64,000 bases of DNA from Balanoglossus misakiensis (taxonomy: Eukaryota > Animalia > Hemichordata), in contig CM082585.2 in the NCBI GenBank assembly GCA_040954595.2, positions 10,829,995 through 10,893,994 on the forward strand, given 5' to 3'. Positions 33,919 to 47,321 of this stretch are shown here, piece by piece. The first letter of the stretch is position 1, and every line of letters begins with the position of its first letter. A model generated the notes under the pieces. That model was not told the DNA's origin. It searched no databases and saw nothing but the letters and a program-made list of their open reading frames with translations. A program made the translations under genes and the position numbers.

Positions 33919-35958
33919 TTCCGCTTTGGAAATCTACAAACACTCAGCTGAAAAAGAAAGAGAAAACAAATTTTCTCAGAATATATAGTAATGAGGAAGT
34001 GGAAGATAATTTTACTAACCTTCCCAGAATTCTAATCCACGCGTGCGCAAAAGTCACTTCCGTTGCTGCAGAAATGTGCCTATTGATAACACTGAACACA
34101 CGTGATCACGAGTACTTTATGAAGCTTAAAAGTTTGCCAATTTTTACGAGTTCAAGACTCGAGGGGTTTAAGCTTAAGCTCAGGCAGGGGCCTTTAGGAA
34201 ACAACTCTTATCGCTAGTTGTGTGCGAGGAAATTGTTTCCTGGAAAATTCGGGACGTAAGTCGACAGGGCTTACACCTGCATCGCTTCTGGCCAAGTGCT
34301 TACTTGCCAATATTGATGTCGTTTAAAGTGCCACCCAATCCTTTTAAGAGGACAATAAATATCGTCTGTCATTTTTGTTCCTTGAGCGGAAAATTGAAAC
34401 TATTAAATATTGACTAATACATTTGAAATATTGAACAATATAATGACTTCAGATCATCTCTGGTGTCAACATATCAAAGACGATGCATCGTTTATCTCTC
34501 AAAGCCCTCTTGGCATTTGTGTGAAAACAGTCACGATTTGCAATAGCCAATGGGAAATGTGGATATTAGCTTGGTTAAATTCATTTTTAGGACATCGGTA
34601 ACATTGTTAGACCCCTATTATCCAGGAAATGGCATCTCCCATCGTGAGTTTCAATTATCTGCCCTTCGGATGAGTCGCTCCTTGAAAGTAGATATAGGTT
34701 GCCCGGACACCTAGGGTATTTCAGCCGTCATCCAATTTCCTGCGCGGGATGTAAACTCCATGAGTTGCCATAACAACGTGAAATCGAAGCCTGGAAAGCA
34801 AATTCCCAGTTGAACAGAAGGGATGGGCTGCATCTATATAGGTGGGATGATGATAAGCCATCGATCTGCAGATGCAACTCTAAGTGGCGTTCAGATCACC
34901 TTCTGTTCTGCCAAGCAGCAGTTCAAAACACCAAGTCTCTTTTTGCTCTCACTACATGGTACCGGCCTCTCTGTAGTAGAGAATTTTAGAGCGGCACTAG
35001 TTGTAAATGTTGATGATTATTTCACTGTATACAACAACTATAGTTTCGTTCTACCTAGTATGTTTAAATGTTAAAATTTCGGCTTGTCAATATTAAAAGT
35101 ATGTTATTATTGATATTTAAATTTTAGTCCATGTTTTTTAGTATGTTTACTTCAACATAGTGCAATGGCGACAAATCCGAAGTTGATGGGTTTCTGTTAT
35201 GTAGGAAAATGTCAAAAATCAAAAGGGCGAAATAAAAATGACGAGACAACGCGTTGAGCATCATGGTAACTCAAAATCTTGTCACAAACACTAGAGAGAC
35301 CGTGGGCGTGTTCTGACGTAGATGTGAGTGTGATGACACTCACGTGACCCCCTCCTCCCACATATGCTAAAGACTGCGAGTCAACAGACCTTTTTTAGAC
35401 ATTTCATTCCCAACTGAAGAAAACCCGGAAACCTGTCAAGTTTGCTGAAAATGGTGATGTTTTGGAAAACTAGCATTATGCCCATAAAACTGAAGTCATT
35501 TACTCGCAGATAAGAATAAATTCTAGAATGTTTTTCCCCGAGGGAAACAGGCTTGATTTATAGCGGCACGTTAAATTTCTTAAACTGTCGAAACTCTAAT
35601 CACTGCTAATCAGAAAACTGGCACTGCGGTAGAAAATGGTATGGTATTAGAAAATAATCTGAATGTGTTTAGAGCTGGATTCATGAATCTACAGAAAGGA
35701 TAGATTTAAATTGAGCATGTGTTCTCACATTGAATGTGCTTGATTTTAACTCAGTATTTGGGATTGTCAAAAGTGATCGTCTCAGTCACCGCGGACGCCA
35801 TCTAACAAGCATCACTTATGTACTCCCATTCAGAATTTGGTCTTCTGCTTTCATCAACATCTCTCAAAGTGTCAACACTACCGGGAAATTATCTCAATAC
35901 GACGAAATGTAAAAAAAACGAGTGAAATTTCGTCCAGATGATTTAAGAACTCTCTTAC

Positions 35959-36050
35959 CTGCCCCGAGTACATCGACCGCCAAGAAAAGAAAGAAAGATG
36001 ATATTGTATTTTGGAAACTGACTGAGTATTAAGTACACTGTGGGCGTGAA
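35959..36050 (-). other. Probable non-coding first exon of the acidic secreted protein gene
   Basis: Strong donor CAG|GTAAGA at 35959/35958; TATA-like TATTAAA at 36084-36078. The start site is approximate. Confidence 0.5.
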
Positions 36051-36077
36051 GCAGTGCATGTGGGTTTATCGGTTGTG

Positions 36078-36734
36078 TTTAATACACAGCCACTAATGGG
36101 ATCCCACACGTTGGGTAAATACAATCGATTGCTAGATGACTATAGCGAATGACAGGCGCGCGCGCCGAAGCAAAACACGTCACGCAGGAAGTGCTTCTCG
36201 AAAATCGCTCTCATGACGTCATCACTCATTAGAATAAATTAACAATGTCTAAAATATAAGACTTTTGGATCAATTTTCACAAGTCTATTGTAAACAAAAT
36301 GAATAAAAGTTATTGATTTCGTGATGGCCGTGAAATATAGCCCGATATTGTGACTAAGTGAATTTTGTGCCAGGCATGTAGCCATGGAAACGAGCATGTG
36401 GTGAATGACCTTGCCTTTTGCATGATCCAATGTCAAATTTAACTTACTTCTCATTATATCTGCATTATATCTGTGGAACGGATATTTAAATTTAGTAATC
36501 AGATGAAAAGGTTACCTTCAAGACAAGAACAGACTTATTATTGTGTATTTATAGAGGTATAATACGAGTTAACCGGTAAAAAACATCGAATAATAAGTTA
36601 ACACACGGTGTTATCTCATATACTTCATTTTTATATCTCTAAAATTCCGAATATTATGAAAAAACCTGAAGTCTGTTATCACCAACTCGGAGAAGAAAAT
36701 CGTGACTCTCATATGATAAGGAGCGATGACGTCA
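36078..36734 (-). promoter_or_regulatory. Putative promoter with TATA-like box, two full CRE palindromes, half-CRE/ETS and X-box
   Basis: TGACGTCA at 36214-36221 and 36727-36734; ACGTCACGCAGGAAGTG at ~36177-36193; GTAGCCATGGAAAC at 36378-36391. Confidence 0.55.
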
Positions 36735-37747
36735 GTCTTATTAATAATGTATGGTTCGGCAATTATGCGACAATTATGGTTGTTCCTACATAAAAGTACA
36801 AGAAAATAATAATTTACATGTAAGTGGTACCAGCATCCTACGACTGTCTGCGTTTTGCAGAATATGAAAACTTAAGTTAATACTGACGTTTAAGAGACAC
36901 ACGAGAAATCACCATGGGACTGACGGAGCCATTGGCCGCGTTAAACATAAATTTGGAAATATCACTTCAATGTTAAAGAATACAATAGAACATTTTAATA
37001 TGGAATTGCATAGTTCAGAGTTCGTGATCAATGAATTTGGAAATGTCACTTCAGTGTAAAGGGTTATTATAGGACACTTTTAATAGAACATTTTCATAGT
37101 TCAGGGTTCATCCTCAATGAATGTAACAGCACCGTTGGCTAGTGACAAGGACCATGATTGATTGTTTAATAATTATACAATCTGAAAAAAGCGGGCCATT
37201 GTTCTTGAGCAATAAAATAACGACTCTTCCCAGTCCGACAGTTTCTAAAATTGGCAGTCTATCATGGGATTGTGACTGTGATTCTTGCGGTTAAACAGCT
37301 TATATTCTTGGCAATGGATACATCAGTTTACAAGGAGACTGCAATGCAACCGTATTATGGAGTGGATTCTCAGACGTTTTCTCATCACGAATCAGTGGCA
37401 CATGTGCAAAACTATACTCCTTGGTGTGTAATATTTAAAGAGTGGGTATCGTCACGTCTGCGCCTGTGCGTACATGGGTCCCTGGTTATGGCTCCACATA
37501 CGACACAGTTGCTAGACAAGAAGGAAAACTGAAGTCGTTTCACTCCGCTAGCCTGTAACCGATGATATGCCTAACCTGAAACTTGAAGCAATGTCTTCTA
37601 TTTTGATCATTTTCACAAGCTGTCTCTTTCCCTATCTCTGTCTCGTCAGTCGTCACGTCTTATTCTGTTACCGTGGTAACCAGCAGACATCTTGACACAT
37701 GGGATGAACTAATGGCAGTATAATAAACGCCCAAATCATTTATATGA

Positions 37748-37811
37748 TACATACAAACATACTTACAAACATACATACATACTTACATACAAACATACGT
37801 ACATACATACC
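37748..37811. repeat. Imperfect (CATA)n microsatellite
   Basis: ACATACAAACATACTTACAAACATACATACATAC... Confidence 0.85.
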
Positions 37812-39818
37812 TAGCAAATGTCTCAAGTGTGTGTTTACAGGAATTGCGTCTCGTACAGCTCGTCAGCGAATACTGATTGTTCTATGAGTCAAACTCTTGC
37901 TTCCTACCGCACGCATGCGCGGATCATGTCACTTATCGATGGTTGATCACCATGTCCCAGGTGTGGTGTCTTAAAGCGTGAAACACTTCCCCGGGCGGAC
38001 ATGATCACCCACGTCTGTCATGGACATGCGCAGTTCGTAGGAACATTTCATTTGCGGCTACAAGTCGAGAGACGCTTTGGTTGGAACACGTAATAAACGT
38101 AACAAAAACTTTTTAAGTTATTCATTTTTCTCGAGACAGAACGTCAGTATCCTGTCGGAATTACCGCTTAAACCGAACACGTATCTACCGTGCGCGAGCA
38201 ATTCAGTTAAATTTGTATCACACAGTATATACAACAATTACCTTCTTTTATTATTTGAGAAGAATCGACATGGTGTATAGCACGAGCTTGTTTTCTGTTA
38301 TAGAGGTGAATCAAGAATGATTTGAGACGGATGTTATTAGGGGCCGTAAAAGGGACTAATTGATCAGCGACATCTCATAACAATGCCTTTAAAAGACGAT
38401 GCCCTATTAACTGCACTCAGCCGTAGCCTCAGTGGTTGCATATAAAAGCAGTAAAGAAACTACATATATTGCTCATAAAAAGAATATCGCGTATTTCGTG
38501 ATGTTTAGAAGAAACTTGGATCACATTAATTGGCCAGCGCGTTCTAAAAGAAAGGTAGCAGATTTTATTACCTTAATAGCCCCCACATATGAAATTCAAG
38601 ACTTTGGCACATTTAAAAAAAATCTGACTTTGATCATCATTCCTGGATTTTAATTTCGGATATTTTTGAAGATTTTTGAAACCAAAATTGTTAAAAAAAA
38701 TAAATAAGTCTGCGGGTATTGCACATGAGCTTGAGTATACCATCTCCTAATTTAATTTTTTTTTGGAAACAGCTGACATATGTCAAATTTATACTTTGCG
38801 CCAGTTATTCAACTATGATTTATCAGAAACCTTATTAAAATGTCATCGCTCATTACTTAACCTTTGACCTGCATGCAAGGAGCAGATGTCTGTCGTTTAC
38901 ATGTTTCGAAACGCCATCGTGTGAGACATATTGCTATAAAAGAGACTATTCAGCCACCCGTCGAACGATGATAGGGAGATAAGCATCGAAGTAAACAGTC
39001 TGCGAGAGATACATCATGACGCGGACAGGGATTTTGCTCGAGATGTCTTCGCAAATGTTGCTTTAAGATCTGATATAAATTTAAACAGGGCACACTGAAT
39101 GTCACATAAATTTCTGTTTCACTCAGAATTTCGAAGAAAACCTTTTTTTGAATGTTTGATTTTTTTCAAAAGAGAGAGAGAGTGTGTCTCCGCCTGCCTT
39201 GCCCAATTGCGACACAACGCATCTGCTATGTGCTGAAACCGCTAAACACTTGGGGTGTTTAAGGATTCACGAGAAAAGAAAACTGTTGAATTCTAGGATG
39301 GCGATGGTTGCCAAGGAGACGCTACACGTAGAAGGGCAGTGCGGTCAACATACTTCTGTTGTCATGGCAACAAAGCCAGTACATGTACATGTATTGTGAA
39401 ACGTAGAACAGATGAGCACAAGGGCTTCGGATTGGGTAGTTGAATACTATCGGTCAGATTAGACGAACAGTTTTGGGATCAGTATTTGAGGTTTGTTTCA
39501 CATTGGCAAAGAAATGAATTATTTAAACGATGACATAGAAAACATGCGCTGTGATGTCACTATGGAATTACAACCAGCGGGAAAATGAATAATTCATCCC
39601 CCGTTATTTTCAACGCGATATTATAACTCTCAAGAAAGGAAATCTTGAATGTTTTAACGTTTTCTGCCTAAGTAAGAAGTTGGAGCAACGTCGCAAAAGC
39701 CGCTCAGCTGTGCGACCTCACACGGTGATTCCACTGATCAGATGATTTGAGCAGGGGTAGTAAAGATTTAGTTTGAATTAAGATTTCCTTGAATAGCCTA
39801 TGTTTGCTTTCCTTTTAC

Positions 39819-39905
<87 letters not shown>

Positions 39906-39927
39906 GCATCTTCATCATCATCATCAA

Positions 39928-39955
<28 letters not shown>
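39819..39955. repeat. (CAT)n microsatellite
   Basis: Long CAT run with a few interruptions. Confidence 0.97.
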
Positions 39956-39959
<4 letters not shown>

Positions 39960-42900
39960 ATGTAAATGTAAACATTAACATAAAAATAACAAAATTGCTC
40001 TCCTTGTAAGTCAGTCAATCAATTTATATATCTATCAATCTGTTTAATACTAGTATCTGTATGCCTACTTGCCTGCCTGCCGTCGATACACGAGTACTAC
40101 TAGTATTTCCTGGAATTAAGTCAACGACTCCATGTTAACGCGATTCATTTTGCTTATTAAGTTTATAACACGCGCAAATACATTAAAATGTAAATTCCTT
40201 TCCAACGCGAAATCGGTTGTAGCAGCGAGATTAATTGATTGATGCAATAAACACGCAAATTAACCTACACTCATTAAAATATAACCCGAATTAATTTCGC
40301 ATACTGCTTGAATATATGCAGTAATATAAGCAAACCCCGTGCAAAGCAAACAAACGCAGGGCGTTTTGTGTTATTAGCATTGGCTGCTGTCATCCCAGAT
40401 TGAAACATAAGTAAGTCTTATTATTTGCATTGGGGTCAAGCTTGCTCAGGCGTTGCTTAGAAGCTTATCGACGTGTTTCGCCTATTCTGGCGTGTGAACA
40501 GGCGATTTTGCAACCGGCGAATAACTCTTGCCTGCAAAAGATCGGTTGATATTTACAGGAAACTGATCGTTTTTTGTTTTCCGATTAGTTTAGGGGGAGG
40601 AGACGCAAAACACAGCCAAGATTTAGAGAATGCAGTCAAAGGTGGTCGCGAGATGGTTGGGATAATTTTTCTAGTATTGCAATTTTGTATAATTTTACCT
40701 CATTTGCCTTGTTCTGTGAAGAAATATGAGATGCGGACATTTAAACGCATTTGGCGACGCGTGGATTGATGTTCTGAATATCGTTGTGAAGGAAAGCCGA
40801 ATAGAGTGAAGAACGACCAAAGATGCTGTTATTAGGCTGGCGGAATAAGATACGGATATGCGGCAAGCAATTTGACCGAATCTGTAGAGCGCTGATCATA
40901 ACCTATTAGCTTCATTACTCATTTATATTACGTCTCTACATTTGCATAATAAAATACTAAATGATGCCGCGGCATTGACCTGAATTTTACAAAGAAACGC
41001 GTGATTATTTGTCAAATGCCATTGTTTTCCTTAAGCATATTTTTCCAATTTGAATCGCCTTATTTTTTATTTGATAATTTTGCAGCACTAACCTGAAATT
41101 GATGTAACTGCGTGTATTTTGAGAAGGCGCGTAGTTGCTGTTCGATTATTTTTATTCTACAACAGTATTTTCCCTTGCCTGGTAATTTTAAAGTCGGGAG
41201 TTCAACAAGATGGCTACGATATATCCAAGAATACATCGAGTCTTATTCCATGCGCCCAAGCCCCAATAACCATATATGAAGGATGCCTTACCTGGAAAAT
41301 TTGCTCGATAGTGATCCCGAATGCCCAGCAGCGTTGGCGAGTATAACAGGACGTGTTGTAGGGGGTGTATGGCCACAGCGACAGATCTACGCTTCAACAA
41401 ACCAGCAGCAACAAAATGAAGCTAAAACGCGAGAGCATTCTGTCAATGATGGGCTCGCCCCAACCTTTACACTGAAAAGGTTTCCCGGCGTAGCGTCTTG
41501 CCATGCACCGTAAAATCGATTAGTTATGCTGCGAGTCGGACCATACCATATTCTGTAGAGAGATATACGGGGGAGATTTGTAAGGTGAAAAAAGGATATT
41601 TAATATTCGGTATCTTTTCGTAGAAAACGGTATTTTTGAACATTTCATTCTGTAAAGTCATATTTTTGGCATAGCTTCTTACAATATACGCACTCCTTCA
41701 CGTGAACGACCCACCGAACCTGTGATTGGAAGTGAAGGAACATATTAATGGTATCGTCCGTCCATTTAGTTTGTTTTCGTTCATTTACTCCCCTTTGCTT
41801 TGAACAAAATGTACAGTTGCATTGTGTTGGGTGTTGAATGATAAAATATTAATAACGTCATTTTCATACATAGTTTTTTTGTTTATTCATGATGTTTAAT
41901 ATCATCGCTATATATTTATTATCCCCCCCCCCACACTTTTGGGAGTGCCTCTGTCTCTCTGAAAACATCAATACATAAATTAAACCTCCAGTGAAGTATG
42001 CATCATGAAAACCAAAGTCATAATTATTTTTCATACTACATGTACGTCGAAGCAAATGTGAAATATTCTTTCTTACAAATTACAAGTCACTGAGGAAATT
42101 GTTTCGAATTAAAAATTCAAAATGGCCGCCATCGAAAGCACACTAGGGAAAAACATTTGAAACATAAAGATAAATACTGGAGAAAGAGACAGCTTATTTA
42201 ATAATTTACTGAGATGAATATTTTATGAATACAGTTGTAATCTCGATGTGACGTACAAAATCGAAGATAGATAACAGTGAAACGGAGTTCTGGGAGTAAG
42301 AAATCAAAGTTTGTTTGGCATCTTGATTGGTCACGCAACTAATTTTATTTCCTTTAATGTGGTTTTGAATTTTTAAATACATGCATTGATATGAATGATG
42401 CAGAGGGACATCCGAGTTATAATAGGCAATATGTAATATGATGCATGAATAGATATAGGGACAATTGTTCAATTAATAACGGGTTTTTATCAAAATTAAA
42501 TGTAAATCTTATCATGTTTGTTTTTCCTCATTAAGATGAACGATATGCTCTTAGTATTCTTCTTCTCAACTTCATCCTACCGAACGTAATATATTAATGA
42601 ATACCAAAATCAGACAAGTCACGCGTAAACCAGATCCAGAAGTTTGGCGAAGAGCACTCCTGTATGTACACTGCCATTTATATAACTACTAGTAAACAGA
42701 CCCAGCTGCTTTCTCCAATAATATGAAGAGGAAATTAGGTCCTCTCGTACCCATAGATACCATTGTCGTGGAGAATAGAATTTGCATTTACCGTGTATCC
42801 GTACACAGAGGATGAACTAGAACTTTTGAAAGGCCATTGCCACTGAAATCAGAGAAGAAACAAGTGACTCGGCGTCGACTGAGAGATGGAATGATTGACG

Positions 42901-45900
42901 CGTTTAAGTGTTTGATTTTGAGGTTTTCATGACTCAAAATAACTTCTCAAAAACGAGGAGAGGCTTGAGGTGGAGGCGTATGTTACCGAGGTTGATTTGC
43001 TTTCCCTTGAGAATTTTCTGATGGATTTCTGCTTGCTGATGAAGTGCTGTTAAAGTGGAATGATACTTGGCCTTGTAGAGTTTGCTGTCATCATGTGTGG
43101 GCGCACAAGTTGGCATGGATACAGAATGGCGACATTTAAGCTTACTTTCACTGACACTCTGCTAGCATCTAGAAGATGTCCGTAGTGATTTCACGCTTGC
43201 AGAGGACATTAAACGCTGAAGATTTAAAGATTGTCGAATTTGCTGTAATTTCACTTTCCTGTCTTAAAAGTATACAAACATTCGCAGTTTTTTCTGATGC
43301 AGAAGAATCCTTCCTGTCATAGAAAAGTAATTGGAGCTGATGAACATAGGGATTCAAGTTCGTAATTTCAGAAACCTATTAGGGCATTTACCAGGGCTTA
43401 TAATACACAGGATATTGACGAATCCAGAAATTAAAAAAATTACATGAAAAGAAAAAGGTTGTTAACCCTATCATTTGCTCAAATGTGTGGGCAATTTCAA
43501 AATTTCTAAATCAATGCTATATTAACATTATCTGTCTTGATGATTGATGATGCTTTTAATAAATGACAGCTAAATAGTAAATTTATGTCATCTCTTTTGT
43601 TATATGCTTTTAAATTCGTTCTTTAAAGATGTTAACACGCTTGTGGGAAAAAAGCTTGCCAACATCAGGTTGTTCGCCCTTTTCTCTAAGGCTGTGATCG
43701 TTAGCTAGTGATTGACCTTCGGGTAATGACCCGATTACGAGACGCCATCCCATTCAGTTGTACAAAAAACCAATGGTTTCCTGTTTTTCTGGGACGCTTT
43801 CAAGGATAGTCCGCTTGTTACGGATCCCTTCGTTTAAATCGCGGTTGCCAATTCACGCTGCTTCCGTGGTTTTTCAGCCGAGCGGTAAAATTGAGGTCTT
43901 TTATATTGCATGGGGTCAACGTTGATCGCATTTGAAATGTTTATGCTTTTCCTGGCCTGTTATAATTACCTAAGTGAGTAAATAAGTAAAGGTACACGTC
44001 TTTCACGGTACCTCTTAAGTCGAGTGTAATCGTGAGCAGAAAAGTAAATGTGTAAAATAAAGGGAGCGTTTCTTTTCCAAGGTGGCTGGCCAATCAGATG
44101 GCGTGTCAGCAAATGTCCCGGATGAACATTCAGGTTGCCAAAACCGAACAGAGAAAAAGTGTGCCTGGATATTTTTTAAACAAGCATTCACCATAATAGT
44201 CTATTCCACATTTCTTAAAGTGCCAATCTGGTATGGCAAATTCCAAATGGCGCTCTGAGTTGTAATTTTTTATCTTCAGATGTCTAAATGCTGCTGAAAT
44301 TGGGCAATATCCTGTACATATTAAGCAAAACGAAAACGTTTCCCAAGTAACCTCCTCACAAGAATTCTTAGGTTTTTCTCCACTTCTCCGATCTGGGTGT
44401 TCATTGGTGACGTTTCATGCTTTGAACTCTTCTAAACGAATCACCGCTCTTCTTACATCTAGCTGATTTGTATTCCAGCATATGCCCTTTTCCCCGCGGG
44501 TTAGCTCTTAGACTATCTCTAAGCTTTCCAATCTAGCGTGAATTTATAAGGCCGTGTTGAGAATCGCTGCCGTTATCTTCAAGCACACAACTGCCATTGT
44601 AAATTCTGGCGTTTTATGTTCCCGCTCGTGGTGGCAGAAAAATGCGTGAACATCGCCGAAGAAAGAAACCATGCGATTCTTTGCAACAGCCTTAACTAAA
44701 ACCGTTCCCGAAATTTTAATCCCGCCCGTTTCCAAGGCAACGGAGCAGTAGCTAAAAGGCAATCACAAAGGCTGACCTGTCAGCACAGTGTGCGTGATCA
44801 CTACTCGAGTTCAACGGAGGACGATGTTCTCACTTATTTTTTCCCTATTCAATTCGATTTTGTATGTATCCCCGAATACAATTTCTTGTCTAATAATTCC
44901 ACTGTTCTCACCGTCTTTGTGCAGCGCTGTCAACCAAGAAGCCCCAGGTCGGGCGAAAGAAGAAGCAAGCGTGTAGTCTGACTTGGGAACCGATAAGATA
45001 TAATCAAAACGCGACTTTCCTATATATCATAGAGACACAGCGCAAGAAAACGGACAATTTCAATCCATAATTGATCGCTTGAACGACTTCAACCTGTAAT
45101 TACACTGGATGTCACGGGACAATGCTGTTTCACTGAATGTATGACATCCAGTATTACTTCGGGTTGACAACGTGTGTCGAGCCCAAACCGGTTAATATTA
45201 GATGTGAGATGAATATACTTTCGTGGTTGACGGTGATGTGTCTTTTGTATATAAGAACCAGTACGGTGACTGTATATTCTGGTAGATGAGTGTTCACCGT
45301 AGCACAGTAGCCTAATTATGGACATATATATCTACAAACTTCCCGATGTGACCCATTTTTGCCACCGCGGCTTAACCCGGCAATGGACACGTTCGGTTCC
45401 AATGTTATTCGAGGTCGGGACCCCAAAGATCGTGATTTTCATCACAATCCATTGCCAACAAGCATAGCTGGCGCATCCACCCTTGAAACAGCTTCGGCTC
45501 AATTTCAGTGGTCACAGTGCGTGTCTACACACAAATGAAGCCAATGAGAGAAACCCTGTCCAAAACAATTTACTGATCACACGTTTCGCCACGTGTTCCG
45601 AAAACATCCTTAAACAAACAAAGACAATAATTACAGTTAATCACGATTAGGCCTAACTCTAGAATCCAGCGCATTTGTTTCCCCATATTTTGTTCTCCCC
45701 CGTTGATAATTATGCGTGGATATAGAGGGCGCCATTTTCAGTCTACAGACAGATTTGCCACATTATTGCCATATTGGCCTAAGCAGAAATAACACCACTC
45801 AACTTTTGCACGTATACCGCGGATCAACATACAACAGATCACACCTTTACCAATAGACAAAAATAAATATTACAACTAGGGCCTACCTCTAATTTCCAAA

Positions 45901-46258
45901 TAGAATATATGGCTAAAAGGGCGAGTCTAAGTCTCCGAATGACCACTGTGGCCGGACACACTTTTTTCGAGTGGCCACCTGGTAAACATCCGTGATTGGC
46001 TCCACTTTCCATGGTAACTGTGGCTAGACATAGATAGGTGACTGCTAACCTCATGCATGTCACTCAACAGCATGTACAGGTTGTTCGCGAGGGTTCGATT
46101 TAGAATTCAGACGACCATTCCGATAATTCTTTTGGCCGAACAACGTCAACCCAACGGTCGACTCTCGAACGCATTCTACTACGCGCGCCGCATGCGCAGA
46201 GAGTCGGACGCACGATCAAACAATTTATGAAAGTTGTCTAACACCTCTCTCGGCAAAC

Positions 46259-47321
46259 ATGAGCCATCACCTATTTAACCCGTTCAAATCCCACAACCAA
46301 GCTAAACAGAATAAGAAGGGAAGGGTCGTTCAGGAAAAAAGTGAATCTAATCATTGTGAGAATACAAATGAAGTTCCTCTGGACGTGATGGACCAGCAGG
46401 CGAGGATCGCCGAAGAACTTGAAAACTTACAAGAAATGAAACGACAATGTGAAGAGGCTAGAATTGCTCGAGACAGGTCACTTCAGCAGAAAAGGTAAGA
46501 TTCTTCCTACGTTATCTGATCCAGAAAAGTTTTGCGACAAACCACCGGTGTTTGGCGTGCGCCATCAACGGCCAATCACCGATTTGCTTTCGTGTTCGGA
46601 AAAGCTATTATCTATCCACACTCATTTGCTGTCTAATAATGCCATTGCTCCATGTTTATGCTATGTTACTTTTTTCACCAGACAAATGGAAGAAAGGATG
46701 CAGACCGAGTTAGAATTACTCCAATGTGAGAGAAGCAAAGTTAAGTTAGAATTGCAGCTGAAGGCGGTGAGGGACAAGCTTGAATGTTTGGAAAATCAAC
46801 AGAATGGTGGATCGAAACAAGAAGGTTCTGATGACTTTGGGAATGAAAATGGTATGACTACATCAATGCACAAAAATTAAATGGAGTAATGGTAAAATCA
46901 CAGACCCAGTCCTATGGTTAAATTGGCTGTTTTCGACTGCGGTGATATACTAGTACAGTATGTTTTACTATTTTCATTGTACCAGAATTATCAATGCCAA
47001 AATGACTGTTTTCTGTCCTTGTGTTATCCAGGTGAAGCCACCGCTGATATCGTCACCGACATTGAAGAAAAAGTGGAAAAAATGATCATTTCATCGTCGA
47101 TCTACTTAGAGAAACACGAGCCCGCCCTCTACCGACTCTGGTGCAATATGAAATCCAGTGACGACGCCAGAAAATTGCTGCAAAAAATTGACCGGAAGTT
47201 GTCGGTATTGAACGACTTGTACATTCAAGCCACCGCCCTTGGGGAATCTTACAGATCGTATGAAGATAATCAACAGAAAGGCAAAAACAAAGAAAAACGC
47301 CCTCTTGAGACAAAACTCTGA
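46259..47321 (+). CDS. Uncharacterised coiled-coil protein, ~231 aa, 3 exons
   Basis: Exons 46259-46494, 46682-46851 and 47032-47321 join in frame through GT-AG introns (phases 2,1). Heptad-rich segments (IAEELENLQEMKRQCEE; LELQLKAVRDKLECLE). NRF1-like CGCATGCGCA ~60 bp upstream. Confidence 0.75.

Noticed and set aside
36949-37122. Two diverged ~85-bp direct repeats
   Set aside because: No similarity to the 87-bp satellite; looks like an ordinary old local duplication.
39778-40009. Poly-Asp/Met/Ser ORFs
   Set aside because: Translations of the (CAT)n microsatellite.
42934-43357. Possible minus-strand coding exon(s)
   Set aside because: Short ORFs with no recognisable motif, and no consistent splice chain could be built.
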